This document shows, one piece after another, positions 40,342 through 54,825 of a stretch of 64,000 bases of DNA. The stretch is from Neocallimastix sp. 'constans' (lineage: Eukaryota), in assembly GCA_050613775.1 (NCBI GenBank), contig JBODTK010000150.1, positions 1 through 64,000 on the forward strand, written 5' to 3'. Every line of letters starts with the position of its first letter. Within the stretch, counting starts at the first letter, position 1. The notes below the pieces were generated by a model. That model did not search any database. It was not told the origin of the DNA and saw nothing but the letters and a program-made list of their open reading frames with translations. Made by a program: the position numbers and the translations under genes.

Positions 40342-40900
40342 TATCACACACGCAAAAGCTAAAACAAGATAAATAATAAGTTTAGTAACAGGGAAAAAAA
40401 ATTAAACTATCTAATCTATTCAGAGGACCACCAGAGAAACAAATAAACTTTTTTGGAAATGAAGTACAGTATTTCAGATTGATGCTGATAAAATATTAGA
40501 AGATAGGAAGAAACAAGTCAGAAACCGTGAAAAATTTTTTATTCTAGAAAACAATAAGGAAAAGAGATGAAATAATGTTATCCTTCTCACGAAAAAAAAA
40601 AATAAGGATAAAGATAAGGATAGTCGATGAAATTAGTACTATTGAACTACATAATGGTAGTGACTCAGATCATGAAAAAAATGAAGTCGGAAAAAAAAAA
40701 TAAAATAAACTTTGTTGAAACTTAGTATAACTTTCAGAAAATAAAGATATGAGAAATAGATAATACTTTAGACGGTTATAGATATAACAATCAACACTTA
40801 AAATTTAAAAGGATTAACAATATTAAACAAACAAATTATGATGTAAACTATTGTGATAATAATGGTGAAAAAAAAAATAACAACACACCAAATAAAAAAG
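39940..40900 (+). mobile_element. Probable decayed LTR-retrotransposon gag relic
   Basis: Broken frames VLTEENTDE*YKN, SGYQILEVLKNKY and EKKLNYL resemble Copia gag. Heavily disrupted by poly(A) runs. Confidence 0.45.
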
Positions 40901-41439
40901 AAAATATAAACATTTTTCATAACGAGAACAATATTAATTATAATTTGAAATAAGTATTTTATTAATAATATTTATGATAGTAATAAACATAAATAATAAA
41001 TAAAAACTATAAGAATTTAAATATAAATGGCAATATTTTTAATAATGAGATAGCAAATATAAATAATACAAATATTTTAAATGTGAATCACCGTTGCCTA
41101 CTTGTTGAAAATGAAAAAAAAATCTGTTATTACAGAAAAGCATTTAGAAGAATTATTTTTATATAAAATGAATAAAATAAACCAAAAATTGAAATTGAAT
41201 AAATTATTAGAAAGTTTGAATGAAACCAAACAACCTACCAACCAACCAACCAAAAAAAAAAAATAACAGCATTAAGAAAATTATTAGAGATAATTTACCT
41301 ATTAAGAAATTTTTACTTTACTTTTGACAAAATTTTTCAAAAGTTTATGAAAATAATTATTATTCAAGGTAACAATTTTTTTAAATATGTGCAATTTTTT
41401 TTTTTTTTTTTTTGGTGATGATTAATTATAGGATCTATA

Positions 41440-41446
41440 ATAATAA

Positions 41447-41505
<59 letters not shown>

Positions 41506-41712
41506 CAACAACAACAACAACAATAATAATAATAATAATAATAACAACAATAATAATAATAATAATAATAACAACAATAATAATAATAATAATAATAATA
41601 ACAACAACAACAATAATAATAATAATAATAATAACAACAATAATAATAATAATAATAATAATAACAACAACAACAATAACAATAATAATAATAATAATAA
41701 TTATAATAATAT
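41440..41712. repeat. Compound (AAT)/(AAC) microsatellite
   Basis: Alternating AAT and AAC runs; source of the spurious poly-I and poly-L ORFs. Confidence 0.95.
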
Positions 41713-42544
41713 AAAAATATAAATTAAAAAATAATTATCATCACTATTTTTAATTAATTAAAATTTGTTACATTAATCATTAAAATATACAATAATATTT
41801 TTTTTTTTTTATTTTTTTTTTAGTCATAATAATAATTAATTTTTAAGAAATTCAGTATTAATTTAAAATAATTTTATATGATTTTTTTTTAAAGAGTTTA
41901 CTATCAGTAAATTAAATATGTGTTATTTGAGAGATATATGTATGATATATGTATGTATTTTTTAATAATAATTATATATATATTTTTATAAAGAATATAC
42001 TATATTTTTTTTTTTTCAAAATAATTTTATATATATTCTTTTATAAAGAATATACTACGATTAGATTAAATTAATAATGTTATTTTGATATATATATATA
42101 TATTTTATAATAGTATTAATGGTAAAAAAAAAAAAAAAAGGTTTTTCTTGGGTATATTAATAAAAAGAGTGTATATTATTTTCTTTATTATATTTTTTTC
42201 AATAAGATGAACTTTTAATAATTAAAAAAGGAAGTATTAATTATTAATTCGTCGTTATTTTGGTATTATTCTAATATATATTATTTATTTATTTTTTTTT
42301 ACATCTAAATTTAAAGAAATAAAATAAAATAAAATAAAATAAAAAAAAATAAAAAAAAAAAAGAATTATTCATCAAATAGTCAGACTCTATAAATGTAAT
42401 AAAAAAAATTAAAATGACATATAATCAATAGTCAAAAAATAAAAAAATAATAAAAAAAAAATACAAATAAAAATACAGATAGAATAATCGATGTGATATA
42501 TCATCAATAATCATACAAAATACAAATAAAAATATAAATATATA

Positions 42545-42822
42545 TACAAATAAAAATACAAATAAAAAAAAAGAATATATTATATTAGTATATTCTTTTT
42601 TTTTTTTTTTTTTTTTTAAAAAAAATTATTTAATGATCAAATTAAAGGATTAAATAAAAGTCAATAGTAATAACGAAATTAATCCAACCGCCAAACAAGA
42701 AGAACTTTCCATAAAAATGTAACAACATAAATTCTAAGAGTTATTAAGAAAAATTTTAAAAATTAATATGAAATACAAATAAAAATAAAAATAAAAATAA
42801 AAAAAAAGAATATATTATATTA

Positions 42823-42866
<44 letters not shown>

Positions 42867-42980
42867 AATTATTTAATGATCAAATTAAAGGATTAAATAA
42901 AAGTCAATAGTAATAACGAAATTAATCCGACCGCCAAACAAGAAGAACTTTCCATAAAAAAGTAACAACATAAATTCAAA
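42545..42980. repeat. ~240-bp tandem duplication
   Basis: Core ~42626-42734 repeats at ~42869-42977 with two substitutions. Each copy is preceded by a poly(T)-poly(A) run. Confidence 0.92.
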
Positions 42981-45900
42981 TATATATTAAGAAAAATTTA
43001 TACATTAGTTTAAATACTAAAATAATAATATTAACAATGATAGTAAAAATAATAAAAATAAAAAATAATAAATGAATTCAGTCAATTAAAAATTAAATAT
43101 ATATTATTATTAATATTATTATTATTATTATTATTAGTAGTAGTAGTATTTAACATTAATTTATTATTTTTTATTTTTATTTTTATTGATAAAATTTGTT
43201 ATGTAATATTTTACATAATTATATTTAAAGAAAAGTAAGATAATAAAATATTTTTTTTAGAAAATAAGAATATTCTATGCTAAATTTTTTTTATTAATAA
43301 ATTAATATATTTTTTTCAAATAGAAATTATTTAGAGGGTTGGTTTTTATTTATCAATGGAACAATAATAAAAAAATAATATAAATATATAACTAATTGGA
43401 ATATGTATTTTTAAAAATTTTTAATTAATAATTTTCACAATATTTAGGCTGATTTAAAATGAAATATTCAAACCTTAATTAATATAAAATAATTTTTATA
43501 ATCCAAACATAAATTAATGTAATAAATCAAATTTAAATCTAATGATTTTATAATATTTAACATGTAGTTTGATTTATAAATATTAATTATATTTATAATT
43601 AATAATAAATTTTATAGCATAAATCAATGTTATATTCTTATTATTTTAAATTTATATTTTTATTTATATTTATATTTATATTTATATTTATATAGTTATT
43701 ATATATTTCCTTAAATAATAATTATTAATATTTATAATTTATAATACTTAACTTTATTTAATTAGTTGTTCTCGTGATTAAAATAAACTATTAAATGAAT
43801 TTTATGTTAATTCAAACTAAATAATATAAAAATAAAGAGAAGTGCTAAGTAAATTGAATGTGTAAGAAAGTTGTTAAATAGTTTTTAAATGTGTAGTCAG
43901 GTATAATTATTTTACTTGAATAAATATATGTAATCTTAATAATAAAAATAAATAAATAAATAAATAATAATTTAATAAATTTAATAAATAAATCCTCAAC
44001 AATAGTACTAGTTTGTAAAGCATTATAAAAAAAATTTATTATTAATTATTCAAATTTTTACAAAAAATGAAATAAAATTGAATAAGAATTCATTAAAGTT
44101 TAGTCAAAAAAGAATGTTCTAAAAAAAATTTACCATTCTCATTCTATTAATAATTATTATTATTAAAAAATACTATTCTTTTTATTAATGTTATTATAAT
44201 TATTATTGCTATTATTATTGTCATTATAATTATTTTTACTGTTATTGTTTATTATAATTATTATTGCTCTTATCATTGTCAATTATAATTATTATTGCTA
44301 TTATTATTATCAATTGTAATATATTATTGTCAATTAAAATTAATTTATTAATATTTTTATTACAATTATTATAACTTTAAATAATGGTTTATATTTTAGT
44401 TATTCTAGCTGATGAACAAAATTATAATTTTTAATAATTCTATTAAACATTGATATTAATAGTATTCATGTTAATTATTATCATACCACTTCATTACAAT
44501 TAAAAAAAATTAAATAATGTTTTTTACTTTTTATAATTATAATGATTATAATATTTATAATAATTTCAATTTAAAATTTATAAAAAAAAAAAAAAAATAA
44601 ATAAAAAAACATTATTGTATAATCATAAAAAAAAAAAAAAAAATAAAATTACAATAATAATAAAAAAATAAAGGATTAAGACTGAAATATTTTTAATTAT
44701 AATATGTCAAAATAAAAATCATATTTAAAGATTTAAGAATATATTTAAAAAAATTAGTTCATATTCAAATATGTAAAGAGAAAAGAAAACTTATTTATTA
44801 TTATTATTATTATTATTTTTATCTTTCATTAATTAATTTTTTTTTTTCTTTCATAAATTAATTTTTTTTAATGATTTTATTTATTATTATTTTTTTTTAA
44901 TAATAATTTAAGATAATTTTTAATTTTATCTTTTATTTTTATTTTTATTTTTATTTTTTTTTGTTTGAGATGAATTGTTCTTTTCCAGATTAAAAATAAT
45001 CTCATTTTCATAAAAAAAAAAAAAAAAGAAAATTAAAATCTTTGATTCACCAATGAATATGTTAATTTCAAGATAATTGAAACTATTTTTTTTTTTAAAA
45101 AAAAAATTTAAAAAAAATTAAAAAAAAAGAATATTCTATTTTTAGCAACTTTAAATTTTTTTAAAAAATAAAATAAAATAGTTGAAATAAAATACAGATT
45201 AAAAAAATTAACATAAAATTAAAAATGTAAATAAAAATATAAATAAAATGTAAATAAAAATATAAATAAATTATAAATAGAAAATAAATATTATTATTAA
45301 ATTATATTAAAAATTAATATTGTTACTTTGGAAAATTTATTTTATAAGAAAATATATTATTTTATTAAAAAAAAAAAACTTTTTTTTTTTTTTTTTTTTT
45401 TTCTTTAAAAGATACATTATTGATAATTTAGATTAAATTAATTATTATTATTATTATTATTATTATTTAAATTATATACATATATATATTTTTCTGCTTA
45501 TTTTTTTTTTTTTTGTTTTTTTTTTTTTTTTTGTTTTATTTATTTTTTTTTTAAAAAAAGATTATTCTATTAATTTATACTATGATGAAAATAAGTTACT
45601 TCATCCTTTTTTTTTTTTTTTCTTTAAAAAAAATGCAGAATAATTAATAAAATTTTGTGATCTCATCAATAGGATTAAATAATTAATAAGAGTTATAATA
45701 ATAATTATAACAAATAAAAAAATATATATTCTAATTCAATATTCTATTATAATATATTAAATAATTATATTGCATAATAGTGTAGTTTAAATAAACTTTA
45801 AGCTAGAACAACTACTAGAAGAATTTTCTATAAAATAAGTATCAGAATTACCGCCAATGAATTAGTTAATAATATTATATTTAATTGATAAAAACTATTA

Positions 45901-46127
45901 CAGTATTGATTTTAAAAATTATGATTGTAATTATTATTATTATTATAATTATTATAATTATTATATTGTAATTATTATAGTTAATTTATTATTATTATTA
46001 TAGTTGTTATAATTATTATAATTATTGAAATTATAAATTTCAGTTTTATTATTATTATTATTGAAATTATTGTTATATATATTTGTTATTAAACTATTAT
46101 TTTTAATTATAATAATTATTGTTAATT

Positions 46128-46395
46128 GTTATTATTGTAGTTTAATTATTTTTTATTATTTTATCATTTATTATTATTATTATTGTAGTTTAATTATTTT
46201 TTATTATTTTATTATTAATTATTATTATTGTAGTTTAATTATTTTTTATTACTTTATATTATTATTGTAGTTTAATTATTTTTTATTATTTTATTATTAA
46301 TTATTATTATTGTAGTTTAATTATTTTTTATTATTTTATTATTAATTATTATTATTGTAGTTTAATTATTTTTTATTATTTTATTATTTATTATT
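46128..46395. repeat. Minisatellite, six units of about 40-47 bp
   Basis: TGTAGTTTAATTATTTTTTA recurs near 46136, 46184, 46229, 46266, 46311 and 46356. Confidence 0.9.
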
Positions 46396-47122
46396 AATGT
46401 TTTTAACTGTCCAAAAAAAAAAAAAAAATAGTTATTAAATAAATCAAGAAAAAATAAGTATTAAATAAATAACTATATAAAATATTATAAAAAAAAATAA
46501 TAACAACTACTCATTAAATAAATAACTAAATAGAATATTTGAAAAAAAAATTTTTTTTATTTTTCATTAAATAAATACTATACTATAACAGTGGCATTAC
46601 TTTAATAGTATTATATTAATATTATAATTATTTTTATTTCAAATTAAAATGTTTTAAAACTTTTTATTTTTTATTTTTTAATTTTATTTTATTTTGTTTT
46701 ATTATACTTTATTATTTTTTTTTTTAGAATAATATAAATTTAAAGCAATCTTATCATATAAAATAATTTCATTTTTTATAATATCTCTAATATGTAACTT
46801 TTTTTTTTTTTTTTTTTTATTTTATTTTATTTTATTTATTTATTTATTTAAAAAAAAAAAAGTTATATATTAAACATTTAATTTAAATTTAATGTTAAAA
46901 AATCAATTATATATATATATAATAGAAAATATACTATTTTATTAATAAATATAATTAATAAAAAAAAAAAAATGAAAAAAAAAATTATATTTAATTAAAT
47001 AATAATTATTAATTAATTAATTAATTTGATATTTCTTGTACAATGGCTAAATATTTGGCCAGTTTAATTATGTTAAAAATAATTTTAATTAAAGAGATTA
47101 ATTATATATTATTTTTAAGTAA

Positions 47123-47180
<58 letters not shown>

Positions 47181-47452
47181 GATTTTAAAACTATATTATA
47201 TACAATAGAAAATATATAAAATATATAAAATATTAAAATATAAAATATTAAAACATAAAATATAATATATAAAATATAAAATGTAAAATATATAAAATGT
47301 AAAATATGTAAAATATAAAATATGAAATATAAAAAATAAAAAATAAAATATAAAAATATAAAATATGAAATTTAATTTATCATTTCATTATTTAATTATT
47401 TCATCTAATAATTAATTTGAACTTATATGTATATGTATATAATATTCTAACG

Positions 47453-47485
<33 letters not shown>

Positions 47486-47636
47486 TTCATTAATGCTTAA
47501 ATAATCTCAATGATTAAACTATAATTAATAATTATTTATCATTATTCATAGAAAAAAAAAAAAAAAAAAATTAATTTAATTGAAGTATACTTTACGAAAA
47601 ACCTAATCTTTGAGATGAAATATTCTATTTTCCATA

Positions 47637-47667
<31 letters not shown>

Positions 47668-47739
47668 TATATATGTATATATTCATTATGAAATATACTA
47701 TATAACGATCAATAAAAAATTTACTTTATTATTATTATA

Positions 47740-47772
<33 letters not shown>

Positions 47773-48532
47773 TTTTTTGCATGTTCAATTGTTTCATCAG
47801 GAAAAAAAAATATAAAAATAAATTTAAAATAATAATATTTATAATAATAGTTATAAATAGTAATTTTTTTCAAATAGTATTTTCTTTTTCTTTCTTTCTT
47901 TCTTTTTTTACAAATAGTTTTTTCTTTTTCTTTCTTTCTTTCTTTTTTTTTTTTTTTAAAAAAAAATGAAAAATGAAATAATTTTTATAAATATAATTTC
48001 TATATTAAAAGTAATTTTTTTTATAAAATAATTTTCTGTAAATTTATTATATATATATTAAAAGTAGTTCTTTTTTTTTTTTAAATAAAAATATATAAAA
48101 TTATATTAATTATGTATTGGATGTATATATCATTTATTATTAAAATAGTGTTATTAAAAATACATAATATTATTAGCATTATCATAAGTATATAATTATT
48201 ATTATAAATCATAAATATCATAGCACCATTATAATTTCGTTTTGTTTATATTTTTTACTTGGTTTCATAAACTTTTTAATTAATTGAAGTTTAATGTAAT
48301 TTTATTTTTATGTTTATATTTTTTAATTATTTTTTTTAATTAAATTATGGTTAAATTAAAGTTTATTTTTAGAAAAAATAGAATATTCTATTTTAAAATT
48401 TTAATTTAATTATTAAAAAAAAATTAATATAAATTTTGGTATGAAATATTAAATATATTTTCGTTCTTTTTTTTTTTTTTTATGCGTTAATAAAATTAGA
48501 AAAAAAATCTATAAACAATTATATTAACTTTA

Positions 48533-48587
<55 letters not shown>

Positions 48588-49627
48588 TTTTAATTTATTT
48601 AATAATAGATAATTATAAAGGAACCCTCTAAATTTAAAAACATTTTTATTATTAAATTATAATTAATTATACTCAATAGCCAAATAATGAATATAAATCT
48701 TTTAAAAATAAAATAAAATATAAAATGAAATTAGTAAAATTATTATTTTATGCAATATTTAAAGATACTATTATTTTTACTTTAAATAAATATAAATATA
48801 TCACTTTACTTTTTAACAATAATATAAATTATTATTTGTAATAAAAAAAAAAAAAACATTTTATTATTTTACTTTTAAATTTTTTTTTAACTGATTATTT
48901 ATATTAAATTCTGTTGTTCAAAATGCTGTAAAATACATTTTTACCCATTTACTTATTAATTACTAAATTGGTTATTATATTAATTATTTGATATTTAGTA
49001 TCTATTCATTAGTATTTATTAACTATTATTTCTTAGCTATCCTCTATTTATATTAATATTGTTTATTTATTATTAATTTATTTATATATATTTATATATT
49101 TATTAATTTTTAATATTATCAGTATATATTTATTTATTCATATATACATTGATTAGGTGTTATATTAATTAACTATAATATATATAAAAAATATTTATAA
49201 AGTTTTATAAATTATTTATTTTTAAAAGAAAAAAATTTTTTTCCCTTCCCATTTTAATAAATATTCTGTATTTATATTAATTATTATTAATGATTAATTA
49301 TATTATGATTATTTATTCATTATTATTTATTATTTGTTATTTTTTATTTATTATTTATTATTTATTTATTATTTATTATTTATTATTTTATTATTTATTA
49401 ATTTGTTTTTTTTTTATTTATTATTTATTTATTATTTATTATTTATTATTTATTATTTATTATTTATTATTTATTATTTTATTATTTATTTATTTGATTT
49501 TAGAAAAATAGTGTTTACCATATAAAAAAAATTTTTTTTGTGATAGATATATAAAACTACTTGTTATATTAATAAAAAGAGTCTAGATTTTCTATCCATA
49601 AAAAATACTTCTATTTTTTGTTCGTAT

Positions 49628-49661
<34 letters not shown>

Positions 49662-51451
49662 AAAAAACACAACAAATTATAAAGTTCTAAAAAAAGAAAG
49701 CTTATTGAATTATATATATATATATATATATATATTTACTTTATTATTAAATAACATTTGTTCTTCATTTTTAGTGTCTTCTGTCTGCTATTTTAAATGA
49801 TTGAGACTTATAACGGTATATACAGTTATGATGATAATTATATTTATATTTATTAATTATTATATATTAATTATTATGTAATTATTAATAATTAATATAA
49901 AATAACTAATAAATATAAGCAATATCATAATAATTCATTGAATTCTAACTAATGTAATAAATATAAGTAATATCATAATAATCATTGAATACTGAATATT
50001 ATAACAATTAATATAAAATAAATAATAATAGTAGTAATAATCATAATTTAATATTAAATATTTATGATTAATAAACTTTTTATTTTTATATCTTATTGTT
50101 TATTATTTATTTATGTATTTATTATTTTATTAATTTTATTATTTATTATTTATATATTTATATATTTATATATTTATTATTTATTATTTAATTATTTAAT
50201 TATTTTTTATTTAATTATTATTATTATTATTTTTATTATTATTATTATTTATTTTTTTTTTTAAAAAAAAAATAAATAATAATAATAATAAATAATAATA
50301 TAATGATTATAGGTTTAAAGGAAAAAAATTAATCTTTGATTATATTTCTGTATTAAATCATTTATTAATAAATGAAATAACTATATATAAAAAATAAAAA
50401 TAAAATATTAATAATTAATAAAACAAAAACATAAAAAAAATATAAAAAAAAAATTATAAAAAAAAATAATATAAAATATATAAAAATAAATTTATTTTAT
50501 TAATAATATATTTATATATACATATATAAATATATACAAATATATATAAATATAATGTTTGTTAATTTTATAAATATATGATGGTTAAATATGAAATGAA
50601 TTTCTTCAATATATCAATTAAAAATAGTATAATTTTAATATATACACATTTATAGATTGAATATAAATATAAATATATTATCTAAGCCAATTAAATTTAA
50701 TAAAAAAATCTTTGAACTTTAATAAAAATTTGAAAAAAAATTTTTTTTATCCATTTTTTTATTAAAATTATTATTAAAATTGAAAATTTATTTTAAATTA
50801 ACGTGGTACATTTTTGAAACCTTAATTTTTTTTTTCATTTTTTTTTAATTATTACTATTATTATTATTTTATTAGTTAATAATTATTTTGTTTTTATCAT
50901 TTTTAATGAATTTATTTTAATTATGTTTTTTTATCTTTTTTTGTATAATGAACAATATCAATAATATAATATTTTGCAATGAAAAAAAATATTTATATTT
51001 TTTAAAAAAAATAAATATTATATTATTATTAAAATTTTCATCTAAAATTTAGGAACTAATTCAATAATTTTTGTTTAAGTAAAAAAAAAAGTTATTACTC
51101 AAATATTAATAAAAAAGGATAATTCATTAAATACATTGCATGATATTAAATTCACCCGATTGGAGAAAATTTAATTACATTACTGAAAATGTTAAAAGTT
51201 TTTTTTTTATTTTTTCATCAAACATTAATATCAATATATTAATCAAATAAAATATAAATTCAATTTAATATATAAATTCAATTTAATATAATCTATAGAT
51301 ATACATTCTATATTGCTTCATCTAGATTTTGAAATTTTATATTTATTTTAATTATTGATTAATATTAATACTAAATAATATATTAAAAATTAAATATTAA
51401 ATTTTTTAATATATTTTATATAAAATTAATATAAGATAAAATTAATATACA

Positions 51452-51452
51452 A

Positions 51453-51535
<83 letters not shown>
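51452..51535. repeat. (TAAA)n microsatellite
   Basis: Tandem TAAA units. Confidence 0.95.
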
Positions 51536-52019
51536 AAATTTCTAAGAATCGATTTTCTTAGAATTTATTTAAAATTTATTATCGATAACTAATTTTTTAA
51601 TTTATTATTAATAAAAAAAAAGAAAAAAATTCTCCTATTTGCTCTTGTGTTTAATTAAAATTAAAATTTATAGTTTTTTAGATTTTATATATTAACTTTA
51701 TTTTCCTTTTTTTTTTATTTTAATAATATCATTATTCATCATTATTATTATGTGTATTATTAAGGTATTTTTTTATATATTTTTTTTTTATTTATAAAAT
51801 TAAAATATTACTTTTCATCACTTATCATTTATTAATTAAAATTAAATGCTTATTATTTTATGAAGTAATATTTATAAAAATATATTTATTATAGATAACA
51901 ATTATTAAATTGTTTTATTTTTCTTTTCTTTAGTTTTTTAAAAAAACAATTTTTTTATACTATTATTAAATTTTTTATAGATAAAAATATTTAGATAACA
52001 TAAATTGAAAAATAATAAA

Positions 52020-52289
52020 TAATAATAATACTAAAACAAAAATTATGTCTTTAATAATAACAATAATAATAAAATAAAAATTTAATAATTATAAACAATA
52101 ATAATAATAATTAATAATAATAAATAATAATAATAAATAATAATTAACAACAACAATAATAATAATTAATAAATAATAATAATAATAATAATTATAAAAC
52201 TAATAATAATATAACAATAATAATAATAATATAATAATAATAATAATTATAAAACTAATAATAATAATAATAATATAACAATAATAATA

Positions 52290-52320
<31 letters not shown>

Positions 52321-52628
52321 TATAAAACTAATAATAATAATAATAATAATATAACAATAATAATAATAATATAATAATAATAATAATAATAATAATATAA
52401 TAATAATAATAATAATTATAAAACTAATAATAATAATAATAATATAACAATAATAATAATAAAATAATAATAATAATAAATAATAATAATAAATAATAAA
52501 TAATTAACAATAATAATAATAATAATCAATAATAATAATAATAATAATAAATAATAATAAATAACAATAATAATAACATAATAATAATAATAATAATAAA
52601 ATAATAATAATAATAAAATAATAATAAT

Positions 52629-52660
<32 letters not shown>

Positions 52661-52800
52661 ATTAATAATAGTAAAAAATAATAATTAATAATAATAATTA
52701 ATAATAATAATAATAATTAATAATAATAATTAATAATAATAATTAATAATAATAATAATAATTAATAATAATAATTAATAATAATTAATAATAAATAATA
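52020..52800. repeat. Complex AAT-based repeat array
   Basis: Higher-order units TTATAAAACT(AAT)nATAAC(AAT)n recur about four times inside an ~800-bp AAT tract. Confidence 0.9.
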
Positions 52801-54713
52801 ATAGTAAAAAAGTTTCATATTAGAGATTGAATAATAATACTAATAACTAATAAAAATTATCAAACTATAAAAATAATATAAATTGAAAATAATCGTATAT
52901 ATAACGACAAAATTACTATTAAAATTAGAGATAATACTAATAAAAACAATATCAAAAAAAAAAGTATAAATTGTAAATTAATTTCTAGAAATTCAAATGG
53001 CTTTCTAGTCATAATTTAGTCATAAAGTTTTAAAAAAATAAAAATATTTTAGAATATTCTATAAAAATGAAATTTATTTATAAATAGAATTGATAATAAT
53101 ATATATTAAAAAAAATATAATATATATATAATTAGGCTAATGTTAAAATATTTATTTGTTACCAAAAAATAAATAAATAAATAAATTAATAAATTAATAG
53201 ATTAATAAATTATATACTAATTATATAAATGAATATAAATGAAATGCGGGAAAGTCATGTAATCCTATGATTCAATGAATTTTGGGTATACATTTAACAA
53301 AATTTCTATAAATGATAAAACTTAATAAAGTTGTCAGAAGTATATTAAAAATTTGACCAACTTTTCATTTAGTTTTAATTTAATATATTATATTTTAATA
53401 TATTTTAGTATATTTTAATATATTAACATTTCTATCATTTTTAAAGAAAAAAAAAATTATTTAAATTAATATAATTTTTTTTGTCAAATTTGTATTCATT
53501 TAATTTTGAAAATAATTTTAGAACATTCTACAAATAAGAGCATGTTAATTTTTTATTTCTACAAGTTTGAACTTTTTTTTTTTTGTATTTATTTTATTAT
53601 TTTATTATTTAATATTATTTTATTATTTTATTATTTTATTATTCAATTATTTTATTATTTAATTATTTTTATTATTTTATTATTTTTTATAATTGATACT
53701 ACAGAGTTTAAATATAATTTTCAATTGTTTAATTATTATCATATCATGTCAATTATTATTGTATTTATTATACATATATAGATTTTAATATATAGTTATG
53801 ATAATTATTACTATATTATTTTCTTTATAATAAAAAAAAAATATTAAAATAAATATAAAATAAAGACTTTATTAATAAATTGAAAATAGTATATATAAAC
53901 ATTTTATTGTTTATTAACAATAAAAAAAAAATAAAAAATCATCAGTTTAAACAAGTATTTAAAAAATTCTTTATTAATTGTATATAATGATTTTATATTA
54001 GTGATATAAAATTCATAGAACGGCTTGTATATATATATACAAAAAAGCTTACAACATTCTATGATGTAGTAATACTCATAGTATCACAATAAAATTTTAT
54101 ACCTTTTTTATTCTATATATTCTGTATTTTTAATTTTTTGTAATTGTAATGAAATTTGATCAATACAAATATTTATATATAGAATTCTCTATATTTAATT
54201 TTCTCTCTATATATAATTCTCTTTATATATATTATAATAGGATATAATAATAATTAAAATAGGAATGAATTATTAGAAGTGAAAATTCTTAATTCTATAA
54301 AAAAAAGGATTTTTTTTATCTACTAATAGAATTTTTTTTTATATAATTTAATAAAATAATGATAATAATATAAATGAACGATTTATTATAAAAAAAAAAA
54401 GATTAATACCTAATAATTATTAATAAATAATATATAATAAAAATAAAAGGAAATTAGTAAGCATGAAAATTCTTAAATCTTATAAAATTTTCCCATTAAT
54501 AAAATTTCTATATTGGTTAACTCTAAAATAATAATAAAATTGGCTCATTTATTAAAAATAATCAATAATTCGTAATAAAAATCATAAATATTAATAGTAA
54601 TAGTAATAACAAAAATGATTGATATATTAAGAATAATAAATAATAATTGATAGTATGATAGTACATATAAATAATAAAAACTAATAATTAATGTATTTAT
54701 TAATATATAATAT

Positions 54714-54825
54714 ATATAATAAATAATAAATAATAAATAATAAATAATAAATAATAAATAATAAATAATAAATAATAAATAATAAATAATAAATAATAAA
54801 ATAATAAATAATAAATAATAAATAA
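54714..54825. repeat. (AATAAAT)n heptamer repeat
   Basis: About 15 tandem units. Confidence 0.9.

Noticed and set aside
46128..46395. Regularly spaced repeats, checked as a CRISPR-like array
   Set aside because: The spacers are near-identical AT runs, there are no cas genes and the DNA is eukaryotic. It is a minisatellite.
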